Shown: one piece after another, positions 1 through 18,000 of the stretch | Position numbering within the stretch: position 1 is the stretch's first letter | How the letters are laid out: every line of letters begins with the position of its first letter | Assembly: GCA_964016885.1 (NCBI GenBank) | Contig: OZ024742.1 | Coordinates: 371,070,001 to 371,134,000, forward strand | Direction: 5' to 3' | Length of the DNA stretch: 64,000 nucleotides | From: Eledone cirrhosa | Taxonomy: Eukaryota | Program-made: the position numbers and the translations under genes | The notes under the pieces: generated by a model | The model's input: only the letters and a program-made list of their open reading frames with translations | What the model was told of the DNA's origin: nothing | Databases searched by the model: none

Positions 1-3000
1 ACATCTAGGACTACATACAACACACAATCAAGTAATACATACATCTAGGACCACACACAACACAAGCATGTAATACATACATCTAGGACTACATACAACA
101 CACAATCAAGTAATACATACATCTAGGACTACATACAACACAAGCAGGTAATACATACATCTTGGACTACATACAACACACAATCAAGTAATAAATACAT
201 CTAGGACTACATACGACACAAGCAGGTAATACATACATGTAGGACCACATACAACACACAATCAAGTAATAAATACATCTAGGACTACATACAACACAAG
301 CAGGTAATACACACATCTAGGACCACATACAACACACAATCAAGTAATACATACATCTAGGACTACATACAACACAAGCAGGTAATACACACATCTAGGA
401 CCACATACAACACACAATCAAGTAATAAATACATCTAGGACTACATACAACACAAGCAGGTAATACATACATCTTGGACTACATACAACACACAATCAAG
501 TAATACATACATCTAGGACTACATACAACACAAGCAGGTAATACATACATCTAGGACCACATACAACACACAATCAAGTAATAAATACATCTAGGACTAC
601 ATACAACACAAGCAGGTAATACATACATCTAGGACCACATACAACACACAATCAAGTAATAAATACATCTAGGACCACATACAACACACAATCAAGTAAT
701 AAATACATCTAGGACTACATACAACAAAAATCAAGTAATACACACATCTAGGACTACATACAACACACAATCAAGTAATACACACATCTAGGACTACATA
801 CAACACAATCAAGTAATAAATACATCTAGGACTACATACAACACAAGCAGGTAATACATACATCTAAGACTCCATAAAACACACAATCAAGTAATATATA
901 CATCTAGGACTACATACAACACAAGCAGGTAATACATACATCTAGGACCACATACAACACACAATCAAGTAATACATACATCTAGGACTACATACAACAC
1001 AAGCAGGTAATACATACATCTAGGACCACATACAACACACAATCAAGTAATCCATACATCTAGGACCACACACAATACGAGCAGGTAATACATACATCTA
1101 GGACTACATACAACACACAATAAAGTAATACATACATCTAGGACTACCTACAACACACAATCAAGTAATACATACATCTAGGACCACACACAACACAAGC
1201 AGGTAATACATACATCTAGGACTACATACAACACACAATCAAGTAATAAATACATCTAGGACTAAATACAACACAAGCAGGTAATACACACATCTAGGAC
1301 TACATACAACACACAATCAAGTAATACATACATCTAGGACCACACACAACACAAGCAGGTAATACATACATCTAGGACTACATACAACACACAATCAAGT
1401 AATACATACATCTAGGACTACATACAACACAAGCAGGTAATACATACATCTAGGACTACATACAACACAAGCAGGTAATACACACATCTAGGACCACATA
1501 CAACACACAATCAAGTAATACATACATCTAGGACTACATACAACACAAGCAGGTAATACATACATCTAGGTTCATATACAACACACAATCAAGTAATACA
1601 TACATCTAGGACTACATACAACACAAGCAGGTAATACATACATGTAGGACCACATACAACACACAATCAAGTAATCCATACATCTAGGACTACATACAAC
1701 ACAAGCAGGTAAAACATACATCTAGGACCACATACAACACACAATCAAGTAATCCATACATCTAGGACTACATACAACACAAGCAGGTAATACATACATG
1801 TAGGACCACTACAACACACAATCAAGTAATAAATACATCTAGGACTACATACAACACAAGCAGGTAATACACACATCTAGGACCACATACAACACACAAT
1901 CAAGTAATACATACATCTAGGACTACATACAACACAAGCAGGTAATACATACATCTAGGTTCATATACAACACACAATCAAGTAATACATACATCTAGGA
2001 CTACATACAACACAAGCAGGTAATACATACATCTAGGTTCATATACAACACACAAGCAGGTAATACATACATCTAGGACCACATACAACACACAATCAAG
2101 TAATAAATACATCTAGGACTACATACAACACACAATCAAGTAATACATACATCTAGGACTACATACAACACAAGAAGGTAATACACACATCTAGGACTAC
2201 ATACAACACAAGCAGGTAATACATACATCTAGGACTACATACAACACAAGCAGGTAATACACACATCTAGGACCACATACAACACACAATCAAGTAATAC
2301 ATACATCTAGGACTACATACAACACAAGCAGGTAATATACACATCTAGGACCACATACAACACATAATCAAGTAATCCATACATCTAGGACTACATACAA
2401 CACACAATCAAGTAATACATACATCTAGGACCACACACAACACAAGCAGGTAATACATACATCTAGGACTACATACAACACACAATCAAGTAATACATAC
2501 ATCTAGGACTACATACAACACAAGCAGGTAATACATACATCTAGGACTACATACAACACACAATCAAGTAATAAATACATCTAGGACTACATACGACACA
2601 AGCAGGTAATACATACATGTAGGACCACATACAACACACAATCAAGTAATAAATACATCTAGGACTACATACAACACAAGCAGGTAATACACACATCTAG
2701 GACCACATACAACACACAATCAAGTAATACATACATCTTGGACTACATACAACACAAGCAGGTAATACACACATCTAGGACCACATACAACACACAATCA
2801 AGTAGTAAATACATCTAGGACTACATACAACACAAGCAGGTAATACATACATCTAGGACTACATACAACACACAATCAAGTAATAAATACATCTAGGACT
2901 ACATACAACACAAGCAGGTAATACACACATCTAGGACCACATACAACACACAATCAAGTAATACATACATCTTGGACTACATACAACACAAGCAGGTAAT

Positions 3001-6000
3001 ACACACATCTAGGACCACATACAACACACAATCAAGTAGTAAATACATCTAGGACTACATACAACACAAGCAGGTAATACATACATCTTGGACTACATAC
3101 AACACACAATCAAGTAATACATACATCTAGGACTACATACAACACAAGCAGGTAATACATACATCTAGGACCACATACAACACACAATCAAGTAATAAAT
3201 ACATCTAGGACCACATACAACACACAATCAAGTAATAAATACATCTAGGACTACATACAACACACAATCAAGTAATACACACATCTAGGACTACATACAA
3301 CACACTATCAAGTAATACACACATCTAGGACTACATACAACACAATCAAGTAATAAATACATCTAGAACTACATACAACACAAGCAGGTAATACATACAT
3401 CTAAGACTCCATAAAACACACAATCAAGTAATACATACATCTAGGACTACATACAACACAAGCAGGTAATACATACATCTAGGACTACATACAACACACA
3501 ATCAAGTAATACATACATCTAGGACTACATACAACACAAGCAGGTAATACATACATCTAGGACTACATACAACACACAATCAAGTAATACATACATCTAG
3601 GACCACACACAACACAAGCAGGTAATACATACATCTAGGACTACATACAAGACACAATCAAGTAATAAATACATCTAGGACTAAATACAACACAAGCAGG
3701 TATTACACACATCTAGGACTACATACAACACACAATCAAGTAATACATACATCTAGGACTACATAGAACACAAGCAGGTAATACATACCAACTAGGACTA
3801 CATACAACACACAATCAAGTAATACATACATCTAGGACCACACACAACACAAGCAGCTAATACATACATCTAGGACTACATACAACACACAATCAAGTAA
3901 TACATACATCTAGGACTACATAGAACACAAGCAGGTAATACATACCAACTAGGACTACATACAACACACAATCAAGTAATACATACATCTAGGACCACAC
4001 ACAACACAAGCATGTAATACATACATCTAGGACTACATACAACACACAATCAAGTAATACATACATCTAGGACTACATACAACACAAGCAGGTAATACAC
4101 ACATCTAGGACCACATACAACACACAATCAAGTAATACATACATCTAGGACTACATACAACACAAGCAGGTAATACATACATCTTGGACTACATACAACA
4201 CACAATCAAGTAATAAATACATCTAGGACTACATACGACACAAGCAGGTAATACATACATGTAGGACCACATACAACACACAATCAAGTAATAAATACAT
4301 CTAGGACTACATACAACACAAGCAGGTAATACACACATCTAGGACCACATACAACACACAATCAAGTAATACATACATCTAGGACTACATACAACACAAG
4401 CAGGTAATACACACATCTAGGACCACATACAACACACAATCAAGTAATAAATACATCTAGGACTACATACAACACAAGCAGGTAATACATACATCTTGGA
4501 CTACATACAACACACAATCAAGTAATACATACATCTAGGACTACATACAACACAAGCAGGTAATACATACATCTAGGACCACATACAACACACAATCAAG
4601 TAATAAATACATCTAGGACTACATACAACACAAGCAGGTAATACATACATCTAGGACCACATACAACACACAATCAAGTAATAAATACATCTAGGACCAC
4701 ATACAACACACAATCAAGTAATAAGTACATCTAGGACTACATACAACACAAATCAAGTAATACACACATCTAGGACTACATACAACACACAATCAAGTAA
4801 TACACACATCTAGGACTACATACAACACAATCAAGTAATAAATACATCTAGGACTACATACAACACAAGCAGGTAATACATACATCTAAGACTCCATAAA
4901 ACACACAATCAAGTAATATATACATCTAGGACTACATACAACACAAGCAGGTAATACATACATCTAGGACCACATACAACACACAATCAAGTAATACATA
5001 CATCTAGGACTACATACAACACAAGCAGGTAATACATACATCTAGGACCACATACAACACACAATCAAGTAATCCATACATCTAGGACCACACACAACAC
5101 AAGCAGGTAATACATACATCTAGGACTACATACAACACACAATCAAGTAATAAATACATCTAGGACTAAATACAACACAAGCAGGTAATACACACATCTA
5201 GGACTACATACAACACACAATCAAGTAATCCATACATCTAGGACCACACACAACACAAGCAGGTAATACATACATGTAGGACTACATACAACACACAATC
5301 AAGTATTACATACATCTAGGACTACATTCAACACAAGTAGGTAATACATACATCTAGGACTACATACAACACAAGCAGGTAATACATACATCTAGGACTA
5401 CATACAACACACAATCAAGTAATAAATACATCTAGGACTAAATACAACACAAGCAGGTAATACACACATCTAGGACTACATACAACACACAATCAAGTAA
5501 TACATACATCTAGGACCACACACAACACAAGCAGGTAATACATACATGTAGGACTACATACAACACACAATCAAGTAATACATACATCTAGGACTACATT
5601 CAACACAAGTAGGTAATACATACATCTAGGACTACATACAACACAAGCAGGTAATACATACATCTAGGTTCATATACAACACACAATCAAGTAATACATA
5701 CATCTAGGACTACATACAACACAAGCAGGTAATACATACATGTAGGACCACATACAACACACAATCAAGTAATCCATACATCTAGGACTACATACAACAC
5801 AAGCAGGTAAAACATACATCTGGGACCACATACAACACACAATCAAGTAATCCATACATCTAGGACTACATACAACACAAGCAGGTAATCCATACATCTA
5901 GGACCACATACAACACACAATCAAGTAATAAATACATCTAGGACTACATACAACACAAGCAGGTAATACACACATCTAGGACCACATACAACACACAATC

Positions 6001-9000
6001 AAGTAATACATACATCTAGGACTACATACAACACAGCAGGTAATACATACATCTAGGTTCATATACAACACACAATCAAGTAATACATACATCTAGGACT
6101 ACATACAACACAAGCAGGTAATACATACATCTAGGTTCATATACAACACACAAGCAGGTAATACATACATCTAGGACCACATACAACACACAATCAAGTA
6201 ATACATACATCTAGGACTACATACAACACAAGAAGGTAATACACACATCTAGTACTACATACAACACAAGCAGGTAATACATACATCTAGGACTACATAC
6301 AACACAAGCAGGTAATACACACATCTAGGACCACATACAACACACAATCAAGTAATACATACATCTAGGACTACATACAACACAAGCAGGTAATACACAC
6401 ATCTAGGACCACATACAACACACAATCAAGTAATCCATACATCTAGGACTACATACAACACACAATCAAGTAATACATACATCTAGGACCACACACAACA
6501 CAAGCAGGTAATACATACATCTAGGACTACATACAACACACAATCAAGTAATACATACATCTAGGACTACATACAACACAAGCAGGTAATACATACATCT
6601 AGGACTACATACAACACACAATCAAGTAATAAATACATCTAGGACTACATACGACACAAGCAGGTAATACATACATGTAGGACCACATACAACACACAAT
6701 CAAATAATAAATACATCTAGGACTACATACAACACAAGCAGGTAATACACACATCTAAGACCACATATAACACACAATCAAGTAATACATACATCTAGGA
6801 CTACATACAACACAAGCAGGTAATACACACATCTAGGACCACATACAACACACAATCAAGTAATAAATACATCTAGGACTACATACAACACAAGCAGGTA
6901 ATACATACATCTTGGACTACATACAACACACAATCAAGTAATACATACATCTAGGACTACATACAACACAAGCAGGTAATACATACATCTAGGACCACAT
7001 ACAACACACAATCAAGTAATAAATACATCTAGGACCACATACAACACACAATCAAGTAATAAATACATCTAGGACTACATACAACACACGATCAAGTAAT
7101 ACACACATCTAAGACTACATACAACACACTATCAAGTAATACACACATCTAGGACTACATACAACACAATCAAGTAATAAATACATCTAGGACTACATAC
7201 AACACAAGCAGGTAATACATACATCTAAGACTCCATAAAACACACAATCAAGTAATATATACATCTAGGACTACATACAACACAAGCAGGTAATACATAC
7301 ATCTAGGATCACATACAACACACAATCAAGTAATACATACATCTAGGACTACATACAACACAAGCAGGTAATACATACATCTAGGACTACAGACAACACA
7401 CAATCAAGTAAAAAATACATCTAGGACTACATACAACACAAGCAGGTAATACATACATCTAGGACTACATACAACACACAATCAAGTAATAAATACATCT
7501 AGGACTACATACAACACAAGCAGGTAAAAAATACATCTAGGACTACATACAACACACAATCAAGTAATAAATACATCTAGGACTACATACAACACAAGCA
7601 GGTAATAAATACATCTAGGACTACATACAACAGACAATCAAGTAATAAATACATCTAGGACTACATACAACACAAGCATGTAATAAATACATCTAGGACT
7701 GCATACAACACACAATCAAGTAATAAATACATCTAGGACTACATACAACACAAGCAGGTAATATATACATCTAGGACTACATACAACACAGGCAGGTAAT
7801 ACATACATCTAGGACCACATACAACACACAATCAAGTAATACATACATCTAGGACCACATACAACACAAGCAGGTAATACACACATCTAGGACCACATAC
7901 AACACACAATCAAGTAATAAAAACATCTAGGATCACATACAACACAAGCAGGTAATACATACATCTAGGACAACATACAACACACAATCAAGTAATAAAT
8001 ACATCTAGGACCACACACAACACAGGCAGGTAATACATACATCTAGGACCACATACAACACACAATCAAGTAATAAATACATCTAGGACTACATACAACA
8101 CACAATCAAGTAATAAATACATTTAGGAATACATACAACACAAGCAGGTAATACATACATCTAGGACCACATACAACACACAATCAAGTAATAAATACAT
8201 CTAGGACTACATACAACACACAATCAAGTAATACATACATCTAGAACTACATACAACACAAGCAGGTAATACACACATCTAGGACCACATACAACACACA
8301 ATCAAGTAATCCATACATCTAGGACTACATACAACACACAATCTAGTAATACATACATCTAGGACCACACACAACACAAGCAGGTAATACATACATCGAG
8401 GACCACATACAACACACAATCAAGTAATACATACATCTAGGACTACATACAACACAAGCAGGTAATACATACATCTAGGACTACATACAACACACAATCA
8501 AGTAATACATACATCTAGGACTACATACAACACACAATCAAGTAATACATACATCTAGGACCACACACAACACAAGCAGGTAATACATACATCTAGGACT
8601 ACATACAAGACACAATCAAGTAATAAATACATCTAGGACTAAATACAACACAAGCAGGTAATACACACATCTAGGACTACATACAACACACAATCAAGTA
8701 ATACATACATCTAGGACCACACACAACACAAGCAGGTAATACATACATCTAGGACTACATACAACACACAATCAAGTAATACATACATCTAGGACTACAT
8801 AGAACACAAGCAGGTAATACATACATCTAGGACTACATACAACACACAATCAAGTAATACATACATCTAGGACCACACACAACACAAGCATGTAATACAT
8901 ACATCTAGGACTACATACAACACACAATCAAGTAATACATACATCTAGGACTACATACAACACAAGCAGGTAATACATACATCTTGGACTACATACAACA

Positions 9001-12000
9001 CACAATCAAGTAATAAATACATCTAGGACTACATACGACACAAGCAGGTAATACATACATGTAGGACCACATACAACACACAATCAAGTAATAAATACAT
9101 CTAGGACTACATACAACACAAGCAGGTAATACACACATCTAGGACCACATACAACACACAATCAAGTAATACATACATCTAGGACTACATACAACACAAG
9201 CAGGTAATACACACATCTAGGACCACATACAACACACAATCAAGTAATAAATACATCTAGGACTACATACAACACAAGCAGGTAATACATACATCTTGGA
9301 CTACATACAACACACAATCAAGTAATACATACATCTAGGACTACATACAACACAAGCAGGTAATACATACATCTAGGACCACATACAACACACAATCAAG
9401 TAATAAATACATCTAGGACTACATACAACACAAGCAGGTAATACATACATCTAGGACCACATACAACACACAATCAAGTAATAAATACATCTAGGACTAC
9501 ATACAACACAAATCAAGTAATACACACATCTAGGACTACATACAACACACAATCAAGTAATACACACATCTAGGACTACATACAACACAATCAAGTAATA
9601 AATACATCTAGGACTACATACAACACAAGCAGGTAATACATACATCTAAGACTCCATAAAACACACAATCAAGTAATATATACATCTAGGACTACATACA
9701 ACACAAGCAGGTAATACATACATCTAGGACCACATACAACACACAATCAAGTAATACATACATCTAGGACTACATACAACACAAGCAGGTAATACATACA
9801 TCTAGGACCACATACAACACACAATCAAGTAATCCATACATCTAGGACCACACACAACACAAGCAGGTAATACATACATCTAGGACTACATACAACACAC
9901 AATAAAGTAATACATACATCTAGGACTACCTACAACACACAATCAAGTAATACATACATCTAGGACCACACACAACACAAGCAGGTAATACATACATCTA
10001 GGACTACATACAACACACAATCAAGTAATAAATACATCTAGGACTAAATACAACACAAGCAGGTAATACACACATCTAGGACTACATACAACACACAATC
10101 AAGTAATACATACATCTAGGACCACACACAACACAAGCAGGTAATACATACATCTAGGACTACATACAACACACAATCAAGTAATACATACATCTAGGAC
10201 TACATACAACACAAGCAGGTAATACATACATCTAGGACTACATACAACACAAGCAGGTAATACACACATCTAGGACCACATACAACACACAATCAAGTAA
10301 TACATACATCTAGGACTACATACAACACAAGCAGGTAATACATACATCTAGGTTCATATACAACACACAATCAAGTAATACATACATCTAGGACTACATA
10401 CAACACAAGCAGGTAATACATACATGTAGGACCACATACAACACACAATCAAGTAATCCATACATCTAGGACTACATACAACACAAGCAGGTAAAACATA
10501 CATCTAGGACCACATACAACACACAATCAAGTAATCCATACATCTAGGACTACATACAACACAAGCAGGTAATACATACATGTAGGACCACATACAACAC
10601 ACAATCAAGGAATAAATACATCTAGGACTACATACAACACAAGCAGGTAATACACACATCTAGGACCACATACAACACACAATCAAGTAATACATACATC
10701 TAGGACTACATACAACACAAGCAGGTAATACATACATCTAGGTTCATATACAACACACAATCAAGTAATACATACATCTAGGACTACATACAACACAAGC
10801 AGGTAATACATACATCTAGGTTAATATACAACACACAAGCAGGTAATACATACATCTAGGACCACATACAACACACAATCAAGTAATAAATACATCTAGG
10901 ACTACATACAACACACAATCAAGTAATACATACATCTAGGACTACATACAACACAAGAAGGTAATACACACATCTAGGACTACATACAACACAAGCAGGT
11001 AATACATACATCTAGGACTACATACAACACAAGCAGGTAATACACACATCTAGGACCACATACAACACACAATCAAGTAATACATACATCTAGGACTACA
11101 TACAACACAAGCAGGTAATACACACATCTAGGACCACATACAACACACAATCAAGTAATCCATACATCTAGGACTACATACAACACACAATCAAGTAATA
11201 CATACATCTAGGACCACACACAACACAAGCAGGTAATACATACATCTAGGGCTACATACAACACACAATCAAGTAATACATACATCTAGGACTACATACA
11301 ACACAAGCAGGTAATACATACATCTAGGACTACATACAACACACAATCAAGTAATAAATACATCTAGGACTACATACGACACAAGCAGGTAATACATACA
11401 TGTAGGACCACATACAACACACAATCAAGTAATAAATACATCTAGGACTACATACAACACAAGCAGGTAATACACACATCTAGGACCACATACAACACAC
11501 AATCAAGTAATACATACATCTAGGACTACATACAACACAAGCAGGTAATACACACATCTAGGACCACATACAACACACAATCAAGTAGTAAATACATCTA
11601 GGACTACATACAACACAAGCAGGTAATACATACATCTTGGACTACATACAACACACAATCAAGTAATACATACATCTAGGACTACATACAACACAAGCAG
11701 GTAATACATACATCTAGGACCACATACAACACACAATCAAGTAATAAATACATCTAGGACCACATACAACACACAATCAAGTAATAAATACATCTAGGAC
11801 TACATACAACACACAATCAAGTAATACACACATCTAGGACTACATACAACACACTATCAAGTAATACACACATCTAGGACTACATACAACACAATCAAGT
11901 AATAAATACATCTAGGACTACATACAACACAAGTAGGTAATACATACATCTAAGACTCCATAAAACACACAATCAAGTAATATATACATCTAGGACTACA

Positions 12001-15000
12001 TACAACACAAGCAGGTAATACATACATCTAGGACCACATACAACACACAATCAAGTAATACATACATCTAGGACTACATACAACACAAGCAGGTAATACA
12101 TACATCTAGGACCACATACAACACACAATCAAGTAATCCATACATCTAGGACCACACACAACACAAGCAGGTAATACATACATCTAGGACTACATACAAC
12201 ACACAATAAAGTAATACATACATCTAGGACTACATACAACACACAATCAAGTAATACATACATCTAGGACCACATACAACACAAGCAGGTAATACATACA
12301 TCTAGGACTACATACAACACACAATCAAGTAATACATACATCTAGGACCACATACAACACAAGCAGGTAATACATACATCTAGGACTACATACAACACAC
12401 AATAAAGTAATACATACATCTAGGACTACATACAACACACAATCAAGTAATACATACATCTAGGACCACACACAACACAAGCAGGTAATACATACATCTA
12501 GGACTACATACAACACACAATCAAGTAATAAATACATCTAGGACTAAATACAACACAAGCAGGTAATACACACATCTAGGACTACATACAACACACAATC
12601 AAGTAATACATACATCTAGGACCACACACAACACAAGCAGGTAATACATACATGTAGGACTACATACAACACACAATCAAGTAATACATACATCTAGGAC
12701 TACATTCAACACAAGTAGGTAATACATACATCTCGGACTACATACAACACAAGCAGGTAATACACACATCTAGGACCACATACAACACACAATTAAGTAA
12801 TACATACATCTAGGACTACATACAACACAAGCAGGTAATACATACATCTAGGTTCATATACAACACACAATCAAGTAATACATACATCTAGGACTACATA
12901 CAACACAAGCAGGTAATACATACATGTAGGACCACATACAACACACATTCAAGTAATCCATACATCTAGGACTACATACAACACAAGCAGGTAAAACATA
13001 CATCTGGGACCACATACAACACACAATCAAGTAATCCATACATCTAGGACTACATACAACACAAGCAGGTAATACATACATGTAGGACCACATACAACAC
13101 ACAATCAAGTAATACATACATCTAGGACTACATACAACACAAACAGGTAATACATACATCTAGGACTACATACAACACACAATCAAGTAATACATACATC
13201 TAGGACTACATACAACACAAGCAGGTAATACACACATCTAGGACCACATACAACACACAATCAAGTAATACATACATCTAGGACTACATACAACACAGCA
13301 GGTAATACATACATCTAGGTTCATATACAACACACAATCAAGTAATACATACATCTAGGACTACATACAACACAAGCAGGTAATACATACATCTAGGTTC
13401 ATATACAACACACAAGCAGGTAATACATACATCTAGGACCACATACAACACACAATCAAGTAATAAATACATCTAGGACTACATACAACACACAATCAAG
13501 TAATACATACATCTAGGACTACATACAACACAAGAAGGTAATACACACATCTAGTACTACATACAACACAAGCAGGTAATACATACATCTAGGACTACAT
13601 ACAACACAAGCAGGTAATACACACATCTAGGACCACATACAACACACAATCAAGTAATACTTACATCTAGGACTACATACAACACAAGCAGGTAATACAC
13701 ACATCTAGGACCACATACAACACACAATCAAGTAATCCATACATCTAGGACTACATACAACACACAATCAAGTAATACATACATCTGGGACCACACACAA
13801 CACAAGCAGGTAATACATACATCTAGGACTACATACAACACACAATCAAGTAATACATACATCTAGGACTACATACAACACAAGCAGGTAATACATACAT
13901 CTAGGACTACATACAACACACAATCAAGTAATAAATACATCTAGGACTACATACGACACAAGCAGGTAATACATACATGTAGGACCACATACAACACACA
14001 ATCAAATAATAAATACATCTAGGACTACATACAACACAAGCAGGTAATACACACATCTAAGACCACATATAACACACAATCAAGTAATACATACATCTAG
14101 GACTACATACAACACAAGCAGGTAATACACACATCTAGGACCACATACAACACACAATCAAGTAATAAATACATCTAGGACTACATACAACACAAGCAGG
14201 TAATACATACATCTTGGACTACATACAACACACAATCAAGTAATACATACATCTAGGACTACATACAACACGAGCAGGTAATACATACATCTAGGACCAC
14301 ATACAACACACAATCAAGTAATAAATACATCTAGGACCACATACAACACACAATCAAGTAATAAATACATCTAGGACTACATACAACACACGATCAAGTA
14401 ATACACACATCTAGGACTACATACAACACACTATCAAGTAATACACACATCTAGGACTACATACAACACAATCAAGTAATAAATACATCTAGGACTACAT
14501 ACAACACAAGCAGGTAATACATACATCTAAGACTCCATAAAACACACGATCAAGTAATATATACATCTAGGACTACATACAACACAAGCAGGTAATACAT
14601 ACATCTAGGACCACATACAACACACAATCAAGTAATACATACATCTAGGACTACATACAACACAAGCAGGTAATACATACATCTAGGACTACAGACAACA
14701 CACAATCAAGTAAAAAATACATCTAGGACTACATACAACACAAGCAGGTAATACATACATCTAGGACTACATACAACACACAATCAAGTAATAAATACAT
14801 CTAGGACTACATACAACACAAGCAGGTAATACATACATCTAGGACTAAATACAACACACAATCAAGTAATAAATACATCTAGGACTACATACAACACAAG
14901 CAGGTAAAAAATACATCTAGGACTACATACAACACACAATCAAGTAATAAATACATCTAGGACTACATACAACACAAGCAGGTAATAAATACATCTAGGA

Positions 15001-18000
15001 CTACATACAACAGACAATCAAGTAATAAATACATCTAGGACTACATACAACACAAGCAGGTAATAAATACATCTAGGACTGCATACAACACACAATCAAG
15101 TAATAAATACATCTAGGACTACATACAACACAAGCAGGTAATATATACATCTAGGACTACATACAACACAGGCAGGTAATACATACATCTAGGACCACAT
15201 ACAACACACAATCAAGTAATACATACATCTAGGACCACATACAACACAAGCAGGTAATACACACATCTAGGACCACATACAACACACAATCAAGTAATAA
15301 AAACATCTAGGATCACATACAACACAAGCAGGTAATACATACACCTAGGACCACATACAACACACAATCAAGTAATAAATACATCTAGGACCACACACAA
15401 CACAGGCAGGTAATACATACATGTAGGACCACATACAACACACAATCAAGTAATACATACATCTAGGACTACATACAACACAAGCAGGTAATACATACAT
15501 CTAGGACTACATACAACAGACAATCAAGTAATACATACATCTAGGACTACATACAACACAAGCAGGTAATACACACATCTAGGACTACATACAACACACA
15601 ATCAAGTAATACATACATCTAGGACTACATACAACACAAGCAGGTAATACATACATCTAGGACCACATACAACACACAATCAAGTAATCCATACATCTAG
15701 GACTACATACAACACAAGCAGGTAATACATACATCTAGGACCACATACAACACACAATCAAGTAATCCATACATCTAGGACTACACACAACACAAGCAGG
15801 TAATACATACATGTAGGACCACATACAACACACAATCAAGTAATAAATACATCTAGGACTACATACAACACAAGCAGGTAATACACACATATAGGACCAC
15901 ATACAACACACAATCAAGTAATACATACATCTAGGACTACATACAACACAAGCAGGTAATACATACATCTAGGTTCATATACAACACACAATCAAGTAAT
16001 ACATACATCTAGGACTACATACAACACAAGCAGGTAATACATACATCTAGGTTCATATACAACACACAAGCAGGTAATACATACATCTAGGACCACATAC
16101 AACACACAATCAAGTAATACATACATCTAGTACTACATACAACACAAGCAGGTAATACACACATCTAGGACCACATACAACACACAATCAAGTAATACAT
16201 ACATCTAGGACTACATACAACACAAGCAGGTAATACACACACCTAGGACCACATACAACACACAATCAAGTAATAAATACATCTAGGACTACATACAACA
16301 CAAGCAGGTAATACATACATCTTGGACTACATACAACACACAATCAAGTAATACATACATCTAGGACTACATACAACACAAGCAGGTAATACATACATCT
16401 AGGACCACATACAACACACAATCAAGTAATAAATACATCTAGGACTACATACAACACAAGCAGGTAATACATACATCTAGGACCACATACAACACACAAT
16501 CAAGTAATAAATACATATAGGAATACATACAACACAAGCAGGTAATACATACATCTAGGACCACATACAACACACAATCAAGTAATAAATACATCTAGGA
16601 CTACATACAACACAAGCAGGTAATACATACATCTAGGACTAAATACAACACACAATCAAGTAATAAATACATCTAGGACTACATACAACACAAGCAGGTA
16701 AAAAATACATCTAGGACTACATACAACACACAATCAAGTAATAAATACATCTAGGACTACATACAACACAAGCAGGTAATAAATACATCTAGGACTACAT
16801 ACAACAGACAATCAAGTAATAAATACATCTAGGACTACATACAACACAAGCAGGTAATAAATACATCTAGGACTGCATACAACACACAATCAAGTAATAA
16901 ATACATCTAGGACTACATACAACACAAGCAGGTAATATATACATCTAGGACTACATACAACACAGGCAGGTAATACATACATCTAGGACCACATACAACA
17001 CACAATCAAGTAATACATACATCTAGGACCACATACAACACAAGCAGGTAATACACACATCTAGGACCACATACAACACACAATCAAGTAATAAAAACAT
17101 CTAGGATCACATACAACACAAGCAGGTAATACATACATCTAGGACCACATACAACACACAATCAAGTAATAAATACATCTAGGACCACACACAACACAGG
17201 CAGGTAATACATACATGTAGGACCACATACAACACACAATCAAGTAATACATACATCTAGGACTACATACAACACAAGCAGGTAATACATACATCTAGGA
17301 CTACATACAACAGACAATCAAGTAATACATACATCTAGGACTACATACAACACAAGCAGGTAATACACACATCTAGGACTACATACAACACAAAATCAAG
17401 TAATCCATACATCTAGGACTACATACAACACAAGCAGGTAATACACACATCTAGGACCACATACAACACACAATCAAGTAATACATACATCTAGGACTAC
17501 ATACAACACAAGCAGGTAATACATACATCTAGGTTCATATACAACACACAATCAAGTAATACATACATCTAGGACTACATACAACACAAGCAGGTAATAC
17601 ATACATCTAGGACCACATACAACACACAATCAAGTAATCCATACATCTAGGACTACATACAACACAAGCAGGTAATACATACATCTAGGACCACATACAA
17701 CACACAATCAAGTAATCCATACATCTAGGACTACACACAACACAAGCAGGTAATACATACATGTAGGACCACATACAACACACAATCAAGTAATAAATAC
17801 ATCTAGGACTACATACAACACAAGCAGGTAATACACACATCTAGGACCACATACAACACACAATCAAGTAATACATACATCTAGGACTACATACAACACA
17901 AGCAGGTAATACATACATCTAGGTTCATATACAACACACAATCAAGTAATACATACATCTAGGACTACATACAACACAAGCAGGTAATACATACATCTAG